From Bacillota bacterium (lineage in GTDB: Bacteria; Bacillota; Clostridia; Christensenellales; Christensenellaceae), in assembly GCA_023393165.1 (NCBI GenBank), contig JAEWMJ010000057.1, positions 94,500 through 158,499 on the forward strand: a stretch of 64,000 bases of DNA, written 5' to 3'. The notes beneath the pieces are model-generated. The model was not told the origin of the DNA and searched no databases. It saw only the letters and a list, made by a program, of their open reading frames with translations. Position numbers and translations under genes: made by a program. Below, piece after piece: positions 43,596 to 54,304 of the stretch (its first letter is position 1; the number at the start of each line of letters is the position of its first letter).

Positions 43596-44054
43596 CTATT
43601 TCATATTACCTTTTTCGATTTCGATAATGTTGTTCACCTTCGGCGTTGATGCACCATCTTTGAATTCAAGCATGATCCATGCATCCAGTATACGCTTTGC
43701 CAACTCCACGCCAATAACACGTGCGCCAAAACAAAGCACATTACAGTTGTTGCTTAATACAGAACGCTCCGCGGAATAGATATCATGTCCGACTGCCGCC
43801 CTAATGCCCTTAAATTTATTTGCGGTGATCGCCATGCCGATTCCTGTCCCACAAACCAAAATCCCTTTTATCTGATATCCGCTAGCAACAATCCTTTCAC
43901 ATACGTGGGCCGCAACGGTCGGGTACATCGTCGGATCATTTGCGTTGCCGCAGCCCACATCTTCCACTTCAATTCCCTTTTCCTTAAGAAACGCAATTAG
44001 AGCTTTCTTGAGATCTACAGCCGCGTTATCACAGCCAATAATAATATTCCTCAC
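43596..44054 (-). CDS. rpiB: RpiB/LacA/LacB-family sugar-phosphate isomerase
   Basis: MRNIIIGCDNAAVDLK and GILVCGTGIGMAITANKFKGIRAA. 152 aa. Confidence 0.85.
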   Translation of the reverse strand: MRNIIIGCDNAAVDLKKALIAFLKEKGIEVEDVGCGNANDPTMYPTVAAHVCERIVASGYQIKGILVCGTGIGMAITANKFKGIRAAVGHDIYSAERSVLSNNCNVLCFGARVIGVELAKRILDAWIMLEFKDGASTPKVNNIIEIEKGNMK

Positions 44055-44128
44055 ATTATCCTCCTCAAAAGAATTCTTTTCCCTCTGTATCCTATTTCCG
44101 CTAAATGCCGCTATATTTTAGAGTCTAA

Positions 44129-45574
44129 TTATTGATCCATCACTAATTTAACTCCATAAAAATTGCACAAATATTTCAACTCATCCGAAAAATCACCATA
44201 AACGATTGAGTAATGATGGCCAGTTGCATTTCTAAGGAATGAATCTGGGTTTTCCAACTTTATCCCACAGCCGGGCCATCTGGTGCCACCTGTAAAGCTA
44301 TTGTTGGGAGCTTCTTCGTTATTATTCAAACGGAATGTTGTTTTGGCTATAGCCGCATGAAAACGCAGTGTGCTGTCATTGCCACCCAGTCGCAATAGTG
44401 TGACGGTCTTTTCTCCTTCAAACTCAAATTCAATACAAGCACCGCCGGAATCACCATTTAAGTAAGGCTTAGCAACCGCTTCATCTGGTACTAGCTGAGG
44501 AATAGGCCATAGAGTATACCCATTACTGTTTGCCATTGAAACCGGTCCGGAGCCGCAGTTAAAAAAATTGATCACGCCCTCTTTCTCATTCAATCTAGAG
44601 ATATCCGCAAACATGACAGGTTTATGTGAGAGCTTTTTTAGGATATACATAGAAATGCCGGCAGGAATATCCCCCTCGCAAGCCGCAATGGTGGACTCCT
44701 CCTCGTTGAGCATTGCAGTTGCAAGGCAAGCGCCATAACTATAGCCATAACACTTGTTCACAAGCTCCGGCATACATTTCGTCGCGAACATGTCAACTTC
44801 ATATAACTTTTGGAAACGTTTGTATGCCAGATACAACCGCATTTGTGATATAATTGCGTCAGGATTGATCTTTTCCCCATTGTCCAGATTCCAATTCACC
44901 TTCTGGCAGCTAGCAATGAAAGATTCCGTTAAGCGTTTTGCTTCAGTTTCATCAATCTTCTCCAACTCTTTAAATATTTCGACATGATCATATTGCGGAA
45001 AATCGATTCCGAAAACCTTTTTCCAGTTGAACTCATTCACTTGCGTCTGGTACATCATCATGCACTTGCCGCCGATAAGCGCAATATTCCTGCCGACAAG
45101 ATCGTTTTTTGTCCATGCAGCGCGTAAGGCCTTTTTTATTTCGTCTGCGCGTTGCTTGTCATCAATCTTGCCATACATATATACAAACGGCAGCTTCATC
45201 TCTTCCATCACGTATCTGAGCTGTACCGAAACTCCTAAGGAACCATTGGCGATTTTATCACAAAGGCCATATATTACGCAAGGCTTGTTATTCAGCGCGT
45301 TAACAGCCGTAGTCACCAGCGATGTATACATCCAAGAACCAATCACAAACAAAAACATATCGCAATTCGCTTTTTCCATTTCCGTACATGTTTCCATAAG
45401 CTTGTCCAGCTCAAACAGCGGCTCATCCGGTATCATGATTTCGATATCAGTATCGCTGCCAAAGGTCTCCTTGGCCACATCGATATACTTCCATATGTTG
45501 CCCTGATATTGATTGGTTTTCGCAACAGGCAAAATGCCCATCTTTAGCTTTTCGTTGTGATTGAATTTACTCAT
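44129..45574 (-). CDS. L-fucose/L-arabinose isomerase-family protein (tentative)
   Basis: 481 aa. The N-terminal flavodoxin-like layout (KMGILPV..., FLFVIGSWMY, VIYGL) and the operon context fit. The assignment is by resemblance only. Confidence 0.5.
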   Translation of the reverse strand: MSKFNHNEKLKMGILPVAKTNQYQGNIWKYIDVAKETFGSDTDIEIMIPDEPLFELDKLMETCTEMEKANCDMFLFVIGSWMYTSLVTTAVNALNNKPCVIYGLCDKIANGSLGVSVQLRYVMEEMKLPFVYMYGKIDDKQRADEIKKALRAAWTKNDLVGRNIALIGGKCMMMYQTQVNEFNWKKVFGIDFPQYDHVEIFKELEKIDETEAKRLTESFIASCQKVNWNLDNGEKINPDAIISQMRLYLAYKRFQKLYEVDMFATKCMPELVNKCYGYSYGACLATAMLNEEESTIAACEGDIPAGISMYILKKLSHKPVMFADISRLNEKEGVINFFNCGSGPVSMANSNGYTLWPIPQLVPDEAVAKPYLNGDSGGACIEFEFEGEKTVTLLRLGGNDSTLRFHAAIAKTTFRLNNNEEAPNNSFTGGTRWPGCGIKLENPDSFLRNATGHHYSIVYGDFSDELKYLCNFYGVKLVMDQ

Positions 45575-45586
45575 GGGAATATCTCC

Positions 45587-47113
45587 TCAGAGTTTAATTT
45601 TGTTGAATGTTTTCAGTGAATCATATAGATGCGTGTACTTTTGAAACGTAGATTCATACCCTTCCGTCTGCGAAGTATCAGGGGCGTAGACTCGATCTAT
45701 TTTAACGCAAGCTTTTACCGCCGCTCCACAGCTGTAGTAGATACCTTTGCTGCACATCGCGATAATGGCTGCGCCCAGACAGGCTGCATCCTTTTCTTTC
45801 AATGTAGAAACTGTGCGATTGAGAATATTCGCTTTCAGTTGCATCCAATATGAAGACTTTGAAACTCCGCCTACTACTCTCATTTCCTTGAAATTAAAGC
45901 CCATACTTTCGTAAAAAAGCATGTTGATTTTAAACTCATAAGTTAAAGAATCCATTATTGCTTTGACGATATCGTGCCGGGTACTATCAAACGTCAATCC
46001 AACGATTGCACCCTTTGAGTCTAGATCATTCCATGGCGGCCCGCTGCCGATAAAGTGTGGAAGCACCATTACACTACTGGGCTTATCCACAACGTGCTCG
46101 GTCATCACATCGTAAACATTCATGCCCCGCCTTACCGCTTCATCAACTTCCGGAAAAGAGAAATTGTTTTTAAACCATTTCAGCAACAACCCTCCAACCT
46201 GACTTGAGGACATCAGAAAGTAAGCATCGGGCATTGTATATGTATAGCAGGAGACACCGGAACTCAAGGCAATTTCATCAGTCACTTTACGCTTGGACAT
46301 CACGCCGATACCTTCAATCGTTCCGTGAGAATCCATGCCTATGGTTTCATCTACAAGCCCCGCGCCGAGAGCTGCACAAGTCTGGTCTTGCCCGCCCGCT
46401 ATAAGTTCAACTTTATCTGTCAACCCAAGTTCTTGTGCTATTCGGCTGCTAATACGGCCGACTACCTGGCCAGGGTAAGATGCCTTGCAAAAGAAACTGC
46501 TATCCAATCCCGCAGCCTTCAATAGCATATCTGACCATCGTTTGTTTTCAATATCAAAAGCCATTGTTCGTCCGGCCTGAGGAAAGTCAATATAGCCTTC
46601 CTCAGCTCCCAGACCTTTCATGATATATTCCGTAAAAGTCACGTATTTATAAGTATGTTCTAACAACTCCGGCTCATTTTTCCGAATCCACATAATAGTC
46701 GGTAAAGATGCCATAGGATGCGGTACGAAGCCTGTGATATTATATATTTCTTGTGCTGGGATGAGCTCTGTAAGTTCCTTTGTCTCCAGACTGGCACGAT
46801 AATCCATACCCAAAATGGCATTACGGAGGGGACGATAGTTCCTATCCACAGGCATGATTTCTTCGCCAAGCACAGACGTGCTCAGTGCCACGATCTCCTC
46901 AGTTCTTATACCGTTTTCCTTCGCACGGTGAACCGATTCCCTCAAAACATGCTTCACCGAGTCTAATACTAATACAGGATCCTGCTCGGCCCATACTGGT
47001 TTTCTACAAATAATATCAAACTCTTCGTAGTACTTCCCAAATGAATTTCCTGATTCATCAAAAACAGCAGCTTTACAGCCGGTAGTGCCAACATCTAAGC
47101 CAATAAAGTACAT
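45587..47113 (-). CDS. FGGY-family carbohydrate kinase (1)
   Basis: YFIGLDVGTTGCKAAVFD N-terminal ATPase motif and C-terminal VVGGVSKSSYWMQLKANIL. Confidence 0.85.
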   Translation of the reverse strand: MYFIGLDVGTTGCKAAVFDESGNSFGKYYEEFDIICRKPVWAEQDPVLVLDSVKHVLRESVHRAKENGIRTEEIVALSTSVLGEEIMPVDRNYRPLRNAILGMDYRASLETKELTELIPAQEIYNITGFVPHPMASLPTIMWIRKNEPELLEHTYKYVTFTEYIMKGLGAEEGYIDFPQAGRTMAFDIENKRWSDMLLKAAGLDSSFFCKASYPGQVVGRISSRIAQELGLTDKVELIAGGQDQTCAALGAGLVDETIGMDSHGTIEGIGVMSKRKVTDEIALSSGVSCYTYTMPDAYFLMSSSQVGGLLLKWFKNNFSFPEVDEAVRRGMNVYDVMTEHVVDKPSSVMVLPHFIGSGPPWNDLDSKGAIVGLTFDSTRHDIVKAIMDSLTYEFKINMLFYESMGFNFKEMRVVGGVSKSSYWMQLKANILNRTVSTLKEKDAACLGAAIIAMCSKGIYYSCGAAVKACVKIDRVYAPDTSQTEGYESTFQKYTHLYDSLKTFNKIKL

Positions 47114-47125
47114 AAGTTTACTCCG

Positions 47126-47803
47126 TTACACATTTTTCTTACTTGCGTTTAATATCTCCTGTACGCCCGCGACTTCTTCGGAAGTCATCTTATATGCACC
47201 ACCAAGCATATTCGTGACAAGAATGGCCGTTCCAACAGCTTCCAGACATTCAAGCTTATAGCATGCATCCAGGATATCAACCGACGAGAAGCACAATGCG
47301 CCATGTCCTTTCAGAATGAGAGCCCTGACATCGGGATTTTTGACGATTGATTTGCGTACTACCGCCGGAACTTGTTCGGTAGTAGGCACTGAAAAATCTG
47401 TAACTTCGATTCCGCCAATATCCAGCATAGCCTCCGGCATACAAAAATCATCAAAGTTATAGTTTGACATCGCGAATCCGGTTATTATCTTGGGGTGACT
47501 GTGCACGATTGCCTTAATCTCTGGCATCGAACGATAAACCTCAAGGTGCATACGAATGTCCAAGGCCGGTTTCAGACCCCTTAGGAGATTACCATCTTTA
47601 TCTATAAGACTGATTTGATCTGTATCAATCTCAGATTTATCAAATCCCGAAGCTGTCAAAAGAATATGGTTTTCATCAATACGAACACTATAATTACCGC
47701 CTTTACCGATAAGAAGGCCTTTGTCAGCCAACCGTTTGCCAACTGCCAGCATATCATTTTTTGTCTGTAAAATCGCTTGTTCAAAAATAAAATCATTATA
47801 CAT
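47126..47803 (-). CDS. Class II aldolase/adducin-family protein (fuculose-1-P aldolase or ribulose-5-P 4-epimerase-like)
   Basis: GKGGNYS, the metal-binding stretch AIVHSHP, and LILKGHGAL. 225 aa. Confidence 0.8.
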   Translation of the reverse strand: MYNDFIFEQAILQTKNDMLAVGKRLADKGLLIGKGGNYSVRIDENHILLTASGFDKSEIDTDQISLIDKDGNLLRGLKPALDIRMHLEVYRSMPEIKAIVHSHPKIITGFAMSNYNFDDFCMPEAMLDIGGIEVTDFSVPTTEQVPAVVRKSIVKNPDVRALILKGHGALCFSSVDILDACYKLECLEAVGTAILVTNMLGGAYKMTSEEVAGVQEILNASKKNV

Positions 47804-47814
47804 CGTTTTTCTCC

Positions 47815-48432
47815 TTAATTGCTTTTGATGTCACGTAGTGCTTCGAATATTAAAACGCCCACCACAGAGCCACCATCCAATGTGCCAATACTTTTATCAC
47901 CATAATAAGCTGCGCGTCCCCAAACAGCTTTCATTTTCTTTGTGTTCTCACTGCCGTCCCTTGCGGCGTCAGCCGCCAATACAAATGCAGTAGATGGGTC
48001 ACCAGAGCTAGCTTTGAGAGCCTCGATCCCTGGGGAAAGTGAATCGAGAATCGTCTTCTCGCCCGGTTTGGATCCGGCTTTACTCATTACATTCTCCAAA
48101 CCCAATTGCATCGCTTCTGAAAGATTCTCTAAGTTACACTCTGTTTTGCCCATCAAGGCTTTCGCCATACCTTTAAATGCAAAGGCGATAATGGTTCCCA
48201 GCGAGCTGGGGGCTGCCTCATTAAAAGCGTTTCCGCACCTGTTTAGAACTTTTCCCAAATCGGTTTCTTGGTTGTCGTTCAAGTATTGTAAAACGGCATG
48301 AAAACCATCGCTCATGGAAATACCCAAATCGCCGTCGCCATTTTGCTGATCCAAAGAAACCAAATAGTCTTTGTTTTCATCTATTCTTGCAGAGATGGCA
48401 AGAATTGCTTTCGTTAACTCTTTCGTTGTCAT
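47815..48432 (-). CDS. dhaL: Dihydroxyacetone kinase subunit L (nucleotide-binding)
   Basis: LDQQNGDGDLGISM motif, WGRAAYYGDKSIG. 205 aa. Confidence 0.85.
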   Translation of the reverse strand: MTTKELTKAILAISARIDENKDYLVSLDQQNGDGDLGISMSDGFHAVLQYLNDNQETDLGKVLNRCGNAFNEAAPSSLGTIIAFAFKGMAKALMGKTECNLENLSEAMQLGLENVMSKAGSKPGEKTILDSLSPGIEALKASSGDPSTAFVLAADAARDGSENTKKMKAVWGRAAYYGDKSIGTLDGGSVVGVLIFEALRDIKSN

Positions 48433-48441
48433 AAAGTTCTC

Positions 48442-49449
48442 CTATTTATTTGTATTTGTATAAAATGGTGTACTTGCTGGTGCAGAGAGTAATTCCTTTA
48501 GTTCAGCATCCAGCTTAAATATCGTAATTGACAGGCCGGCCATTTCCATGGATGTCGCATATTCTCCGATATGCGGCATGAATACTTTTACTCCAATTTC
48601 CTTTAAAAATGAGGCTACACGTCGATAAACAATGAGCTGTTCCTCTAGTGGCGTTCCACCTAAGCCATTGATCATAACGGAAACCTCTTCATCCTTTTTC
48701 AGCGGCATATCATCAAGGAGTTTCTGCATTACAGTATCCGCTATCTGATCTGCCGTCATTATTTTGCTTACGCTAATACCTTTTTCGCCATGGATTCCCA
48801 TTCCAATTTCTATTTCATCATCTTCTATAGTAAAGGTAGGCTTACCGGCTTCAGGGACTATACAAGGAGAAAGTGCAACCCCCATGGTGCGAATATTCGC
48901 CAATGCTTTTTCAGCGACGACAGCCACATTGTCCAAACTTCTCATCTGGTCGGCTGCGGCTCCCGCGCATTTAAAAGCATATATCAATCCCGCTACGCCC
49001 CGTCGTTTCTCTGCGGTTTCTTTTGGGCTTGAGGCTACGTCATCACAGGCCAGGACCGACTTGCAGCGAATGCCGTCGAGCTCACAGTCCTCTATCGCCT
49101 GGTTGAAATTCATTTTATCGCCGCCATAATTGCCATACAGGCACAAAACACCAGCACCACGATTTACAGCGCGTATCGCGTCCGCCATTTTTGTATAAGC
49201 CGGAGATGCAAACACATTACCAACAGCGCAAGCATCCACCATTCCGGCGCCAACATAACCTAAAAACACAGGCAAATGTCCGGAGCCTCCTGCGGTTACG
49301 ATCCCTACCTTTCCATCTTTCGCCGGATAACTGGATATGAGTATCCTCTTATCCCCATTTAAAAGATGAACTTTATCACCAAATGCAGCTATGATGCCCT
49401 CCATGGTTTCATCCACAAAATTTGTTGCCTGATTTATAATTTTTTTCAC
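48442..49449 (-). CDS. dhaK: Dihydroxyacetone kinase subunit K (substrate-binding)
   Basis: TAGGSGHLPVFLGYVG, LYGNYGGD, GIHGEKG. 335 aa. Confidence 0.85.
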   Translation of the reverse strand: MKKIINQATNFVDETMEGIIAAFGDKVHLLNGDKRILISSYPAKDGKVGIVTAGGSGHLPVFLGYVGAGMVDACAVGNVFASPAYTKMADAIRAVNRGAGVLCLYGNYGGDKMNFNQAIEDCELDGIRCKSVLACDDVASSPKETAEKRRGVAGLIYAFKCAGAAADQMRSLDNVAVVAEKALANIRTMGVALSPCIVPEAGKPTFTIEDDEIEIGMGIHGEKGISVSKIMTADQIADTVMQKLLDDMPLKKDEEVSVMINGLGGTPLEEQLIVYRRVASFLKEIGVKVFMPHIGEYATSMEMAGLSITIFKLDAELKELLSAPASTPFYTNTNK

Positions 49450-49460
49450 TGCAAACTCCT

Positions 49461-51002
49461 TTAGTTTTTATACTTCTCTTCAAATTGCTTTAAGTCAACG
49501 AAAAATGCCTTCGAAGTAGCGTATATTTTTTTATAAATATCGTATAAATCGTCATACAAAGCTTTTTTATCCGGATTCGGTTCAAACACGGACTCGATCT
49601 GAACGTTTCTATACATATTCTCCGTCTCATCAAAATGGTTCATTGCATTAAAAGCAAGAATAGCCACGCTCAGTGCACCGCAGACAGAATAATTACGTAC
49701 GCGACAGACCTGTGTTTGAAAAACATCCGCAAATATCTGGCACCAAAAACTGCTGTGAGCGCCTCCGCCGGAAATATGAATGCGCTTCACAGGCCCGCCC
49801 ACATGTTCCAGCTGAACGCAGACATCCCTCATACCCAGCGTTATTCCTTCAAGCAACGAGCGATACATATGTTTTTTGGTATGAACCGGTTTTAGTCCAA
49901 TCATTATGCCTTTTGCAAACGGATCGTCCACCGGATTACGCTGCCCCATCAAGGTAGGATAAAAAACAAGTCCGTCGCAACCGCTAGCAACCGTAGCCGC
50001 TTCCTTTTCCATCTGTATATAAACATCTGTAGGACTTTGTTGAGCTTTTGCCTGATACAAATTGTTTTTAAACCAGTCGACCGAAGCGCCCACGCTCATT
50101 AATCCCGCATAAGCCACCCACTGATTCCGGATTCCACTGCAGTATATCTGGAGCTTTGCATCCTCGTTTTTCTTAAACGTCTTCAATGACGTGGAAATCA
50201 AACCGCCGGTGCCAAGAATGATACTGTATATTCCCTCGTCAACTGCGCCGGTACCCAGCGTCTGCATGATGGCATCGCCGCCCCCAGCAACTACCAAGGC
50301 GTCCTTGTCGATACCAAGATACTCTGCTATTTCCGGCAGCACCTTGCCAACGATTTGATCGGAGAAATATACCTGTGGTAATATTGATTCAGGAATGCCT
50401 ATAAGCTTTAGAAGCTCTTTATTCCAACTATGATTTTTCACATCATAAACGCCATATCCACTTGCATCCGATTCATCGGTGGCGGCAACCCCCGTCAAAA
50501 CCATGCGGAGAAAGTCCTTAGGGTTTACTACCGTTCTGACATGAGTAAATAGTTCCGGCTCGTTCTCCATCATCCATAAAATCTTGCCACTGGTACAGGA
50601 TGGGACCATTTTATTATTTGTAAACCTAAGCAAGCCAGCTTTCCCACCTACTTTTGCATATATTGCATCAATTTGTTTTTCATTTCGGAAATCAACGCAG
50701 CTAATAACCGGACGTATAGTTTCAAGATTATTGTCTAACGCTACCAAACCATGCATCTGTCCTGTAAACCCCAAAGCAACCACCCGATAATCCGGCCCCA
50801 TTTTCTCAGTGAGCTTCTTTATGCATTCCATGCCCGCATTCTTCAACACCTGTTCAGATTGATCATATTTGCCATATCCCGTGTAAATAATCGTACCTTC
50901 ATAGCGGACGTAATTAGTCTCAATTGTCTCAAGCTCCCCGTTGATTGCTATCGCTTTACAGTTGGATGATCCAACGTCAATTCCAAGATATACATCTTTC
51001 AT
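49461..51002 (-). CDS. FGGY-family carbohydrate kinase (2)
   Basis: VYLGIDVGSSNCKAIA, and ISGGGAHSSFWCQIFADVF. Confidence 0.85.
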   Translation of the reverse strand: MKDVYLGIDVGSSNCKAIAINGELETIETNYVRYEGTIIYTGYGKYDQSEQVLKNAGMECIKKLTEKMGPDYRVVALGFTGQMHGLVALDNNLETIRPVISCVDFRNEKQIDAIYAKVGGKAGLLRFTNNKMVPSCTSGKILWMMENEPELFTHVRTVVNPKDFLRMVLTGVAATDESDASGYGVYDVKNHSWNKELLKLIGIPESILPQVYFSDQIVGKVLPEIAEYLGIDKDALVVAGGGDAIMQTLGTGAVDEGIYSIILGTGGLISTSLKTFKKNEDAKLQIYCSGIRNQWVAYAGLMSVGASVDWFKNNLYQAKAQQSPTDVYIQMEKEAATVASGCDGLVFYPTLMGQRNPVDDPFAKGIMIGLKPVHTKKHMYRSLLEGITLGMRDVCVQLEHVGGPVKRIHISGGGAHSSFWCQIFADVFQTQVCRVRNYSVCGALSVAILAFNAMNHFDETENMYRNVQIESVFEPNPDKKALYDDLYDIYKKIYATSKAFFVDLKQFEEKYKN

Positions 51003-51069
51003 TTGATCATTCCCGTTATTTTTGGTTAATTATTCTTGCAAATACACATTATTGCATACAATAGGCGGA

Positions 51070-51897
51070 TTATTGTAATTTCAGTTCATTACATGCATAC
51101 TCCACACTCAGTCTGACGCATTCTTCCTCGTAAGCGCACGTTTCCTTGTAATCCTCAAAGCGGTCGATATACAGCTCAAGAAAGATGTTTCCGTCGTAAC
51201 CGTTTTCCTTCAAAATTTTCAACATAAGATTAAAATCGACATAACCTTGCCCAAGCGGGACGCCTGTGATAATGTCCCCACGGTTATTTAATTTGACAAC
51301 ATAATCCTTGAAATGCACAGACTTGGCATATGGAGCTAAGGTACGCACAACTTCTTCAGTAGGTGTTATGAAGCAGGTTGAATTACATGTATCCACAGCG
51401 CACCCGAAGAACGGGTCATTTACTCCGTCAATAATCGCCTTGACTTCGTATATATCGTTAAGTTTACCGTTTTCAATGGCGACTTGAATACCATATTCGT
51501 GAGCAATGGTCATCAAGGATCCAATTGTTTCTATACCATTTTGAACTTGTTTCTGAATGCTCTTTTCATCGGCATTGCGATCCATATCCCAGCCAATTCT
51601 GATCACCTTGGATCCAAGAAACCGGGAGACTTCCAACATTCGCTTAAAGTAGTAAAAGTCAGTTCCGCGTGAGCCTGTCTCTGCTTCTATACCTTCTTTA
51701 TTTAGGCGATCCTTAATCACCGTAAGCTGTGATTCTGTAAACTCATGCAGGGGAATGTTGTTACACAACAAAACAGACTTTATATTATAATGGACACAGC
51801 GATCTATCAATTGATCAACGGTCATAGGCTTCTCCGGCCTGTAATAAGGCCTTCCCATAGACCATCTATAAGCAAACGAACCAATACCTAATTTCAT
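51070..51897 (-). CDS. Sugar-phosphate isomerase/epimerase (xylose isomerase-like TIM barrel)
   Basis: 275 aa. A barrel-style alternating pattern, with VAIENG and FLELY segments typical of this fold family. Confidence 0.6.
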   Translation of the reverse strand: MKLGIGSFAYRWSMGRPYYRPEKPMTVDQLIDRCVHYNIKSVLLCNNIPLHEFTESQLTVIKDRLNKEGIEAETGSRGTDFYYFKRMLEVSRFLGSKVIRIGWDMDRNADEKSIQKQVQNGIETIGSLMTIAHEYGIQVAIENGKLNDIYEVKAIIDGVNDPFFGCAVDTCNSTCFITPTEEVVRTLAPYAKSVHFKDYVVKLNNRGDIITGVPLGQGYVDFNLMLKILKENGYDGNIFLELYIDRFEDYKETCAYEEECVRLSVEYACNELKLQ

Positions 51898-51943
51898 AAT
51901 AATTATTTCCTTTTTTATCTTATTTCTATTGCAAAATTAATAC

Positions 51944-52990
51944 CTACATCCTAAAGCGCTTCTTCTCAATAAAGCCAAGAAGCGTCATCGTGAAGACTAT
52001 TACGATACCATATGCGATTTGCTGTATCGAAAGGCTAAAACCAAGGAATGTCATTGCATTCATAAGGAATATGATAGACAGTATACCGAGTCCGGCTTGA
52101 AGCATATTTCCATAACCGCCACTTTGGCTGATGCCGCCAATGGTAACCGCCGCAACCATCGGCAACAGAAAATTACCGCCCATAGCTGGATTTACAGCAC
52201 CCATGGACATGATAACGAATATTCCTGCAATGCCTGAAAATAAGCCAGAAATTAAATAAACTAAAATATATATCTTTTGAACCGGAATGCCTGCATGGCG
52301 CGCGCCTTCCGGATTGCTGCCCGTCAGGATAATTTGTCTACCAAACGTTGTTTTAACCAAAACGACGGCCATGACAATTAATAGAATTATCGGAATGATT
52401 GCAGCATAGGGCACAATTGTTTTTCCGAAGTAGATGCCGGTCAAAGTAGAAAGTTTTGCAAGCTCCCTTGGAGCTCCGGAAACCGTATAACCATTAGTCA
52501 GCACTAAACATAGGCCATTCGCCAAAAGTTGGGTCGCCAATGTTATAATAAACGGTGCAATTTTGAACTTTGCGATCACAAAACCATTAAGTAATCCAAA
52601 TGCACAACCAATTACACAAGCTACGACTACTCCAATTAGAATAACAATCCAGGGATTCATGCCAAGCTGGTCGTTCGACAACGCAGCCATGGCCTTTGTT
52701 GATACAATTGCCGAAAATGAGATTACATATCCGACGCTTAAATCAATGCCACAATTTCCTGAAAGAAACACAAAGGCTAGTCCAATCGACCCCACTATAA
52801 AATATGAATTGGATGTGAATATCGATATGATATTTGAAGGTGTATAGAAGTCTCGGTTAAGAAAGTACATGACGATGCAGATAGCCAGCAGCATATATAC
52901 CACCGGATAGTCAAGTGAAAACTTATTAAAGCCTGTCCTTACTATAGTTTTGTATCCACTTATTTCTGACTTATTCATTATTGGCTCCAT
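51944..52990 (-). CDS. Ribose/xylose-type (CUT2) ABC sugar permease
   Basis: About 9-10 TM helices. GIDLSVGYV and ILTGSNPEGARHAGI motifs are characteristic of RbsC-like permeases. Confidence 0.85.
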   Translation of the reverse strand: MEPIMNKSEISGYKTIVRTGFNKFSLDYPVVYMLLAICIVMYFLNRDFYTPSNIISIFTSNSYFIVGSIGLAFVFLSGNCGIDLSVGYVISFSAIVSTKAMAALSNDQLGMNPWIVILIGVVVACVIGCAFGLLNGFVIAKFKIAPFIITLATQLLANGLCLVLTNGYTVSGAPRELAKLSTLTGIYFGKTIVPYAAIIPIILLIVMAVVLVKTTFGRQIILTGSNPEGARHAGIPVQKIYILVYLISGLFSGIAGIFVIMSMGAVNPAMGGNFLLPMVAAVTIGGISQSGGYGNMLQAGLGILSIIFLMNAMTFLGFSLSIQQIAYGIVIVFTMTLLGFIEKKRFRM

Positions 52991-53047
52991 AGCACAGTGA
53001 CCTTTCGTATATATTCTCTCGGCTCAAATACTCAGCGTATTTGTTTC

Positions 53048-53083
53048 AGTGGTGCGGGCTGCACTATATCTGCCCGCACCACT
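53048..53083 (-). promoter_or_regulatory. 12-bp intra-operon stem-loop after the SBP gene (no T run)
   Basis: agtggtgcgggc pairs with gcccgcaccact, with a 12-nt loop. It lies between the SBP stop (53147) and the next permease start (52990). Confidence 0.45.
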
Positions 53084-53146
53084 TACTTCATTTCTGCGAA
53101 ATATTACAATTGTTCAAACACTAAATTTTTGCAGAGTATTAAATAA

Positions 53147-54244
53147 TTATTTGCTCATCAGATCAGCATACTTGATTGACCAAATTTGATCAGACTTTGC
53201 TTTCAATTCATCCGGTCCCACACCGAAGGTAGGCATGTAGAAGACATCACTCTGAAGCGTTCCGCCGGTCATCAACGTCATAGCAGCGTCATAGAGTGCT
53301 TTGCCTGCGCTATCCGCCGGAATAACGAAGAGCTTATCGGTGTAACCTTGCTCCATATAGGATACCGACGGTGGTTCACCAGAGAGAGAAGTGTAGTATA
53401 CATGTCCCGGTTCTCCACGCTTAAACAGCAGGCCGGCCTCTTTCAGAGCCTGAAAACAAGAACCGTCCATGTGGGATGATACGTTTGCAACTGCCCAAGG
53501 TTTCTCAACCTGCAAAGCATTCTGCATATTGGACAAGGCTTGGTCGACTTTCCAATCGGTCATAATCTCGGTAATCTTCAAATTGGTATGACCGGAATTT
53601 TTAATCGTATCTTCAAAGCCCTGGCGACGTGCGATACCATTCGGGTCCGCCAGTGAACCAACGGTCAGGAAGATAGTATGATCTTTACCATCATCCACAG
53701 AAAGCAAGTATTCTGCCAGCTGTTTTGCATCGCTGTAAGAATCGTACATGGCAGTGAATTTTACATCGGGATGATCCACCTTACGGTCGTAGTTGAGAAT
53801 TGGAATGCCCGCTGCCTGAGCGTAATCATAAGCAGTTTGAATAGCATCCTTATCAATTGCGCAGCAAACGATGACATTAACTTTCTGATCAACCAAAGAC
53901 TTTAACTGGTTAGTCTGAGTCGCTGTATCGTCATTAGCGACCAGTTCAGTGATGTCCACATTGCCCGCTGCCTCAGCCGCATCATAAAGACCCATAAGTT
54001 CGATCTTACGGAATACCGTAACAGCGGTGTCTGTTGAAATTCCTATTTTGTAACGAATGGCTCCTGCCGCTCCCTGAGAAGCCGCAGGCGAAGATTCTGC
54101 AGGTGCCGCAGATGAAGCTGCAGGTGCCGCGGATGTAGCTTCGGGTGCTGCGGATGGAGTTGTAGGCTGTGTTGCACATCCCGCCAATGCAACAGCAACC
54201 ATGGCTACAACTAGAATCGCAGCAATTAAGGTTTTCTTGAACAT
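53147..54244 (-). CDS. Periplasmic-binding-protein-type sugar-binding lipoprotein (RbsB-like)
   Basis: Signal peptide with lipobox LAGC, an Ala/Ser/Pro linker, and a type-I PBP body. Confidence 0.85.
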   Translation of the reverse strand: MFKKTLIAAILVVAMVAVALAGCATQPTTPSAAPEATSAAPAASSAAPAESSPAASQGAAGAIRYKIGISTDTAVTVFRKIELMGLYDAAEAAGNVDITELVANDDTATQTNQLKSLVDQKVNVIVCCAIDKDAIQTAYDYAQAAGIPILNYDRKVDHPDVKFTAMYDSYSDAKQLAEYLLSVDDGKDHTIFLTVGSLADPNGIARRQGFEDTIKNSGHTNLKITEIMTDWKVDQALSNMQNALQVEKPWAVANVSSHMDGSCFQALKEAGLLFKRGEPGHVYYTSLSGEPPSVSYMEQGYTDKLFVIPADSAGKALYDAAMTLMTGGTLQSDVFYMPTFGVGPDELKAKSDQIWSIKYADLMSK

Positions 54245-54304
54245 GTTTTTTCCTCCTTTAATAAGCTTATTTTATATTTCACGGCAAGCCGTGTAATATA
54301 CAAA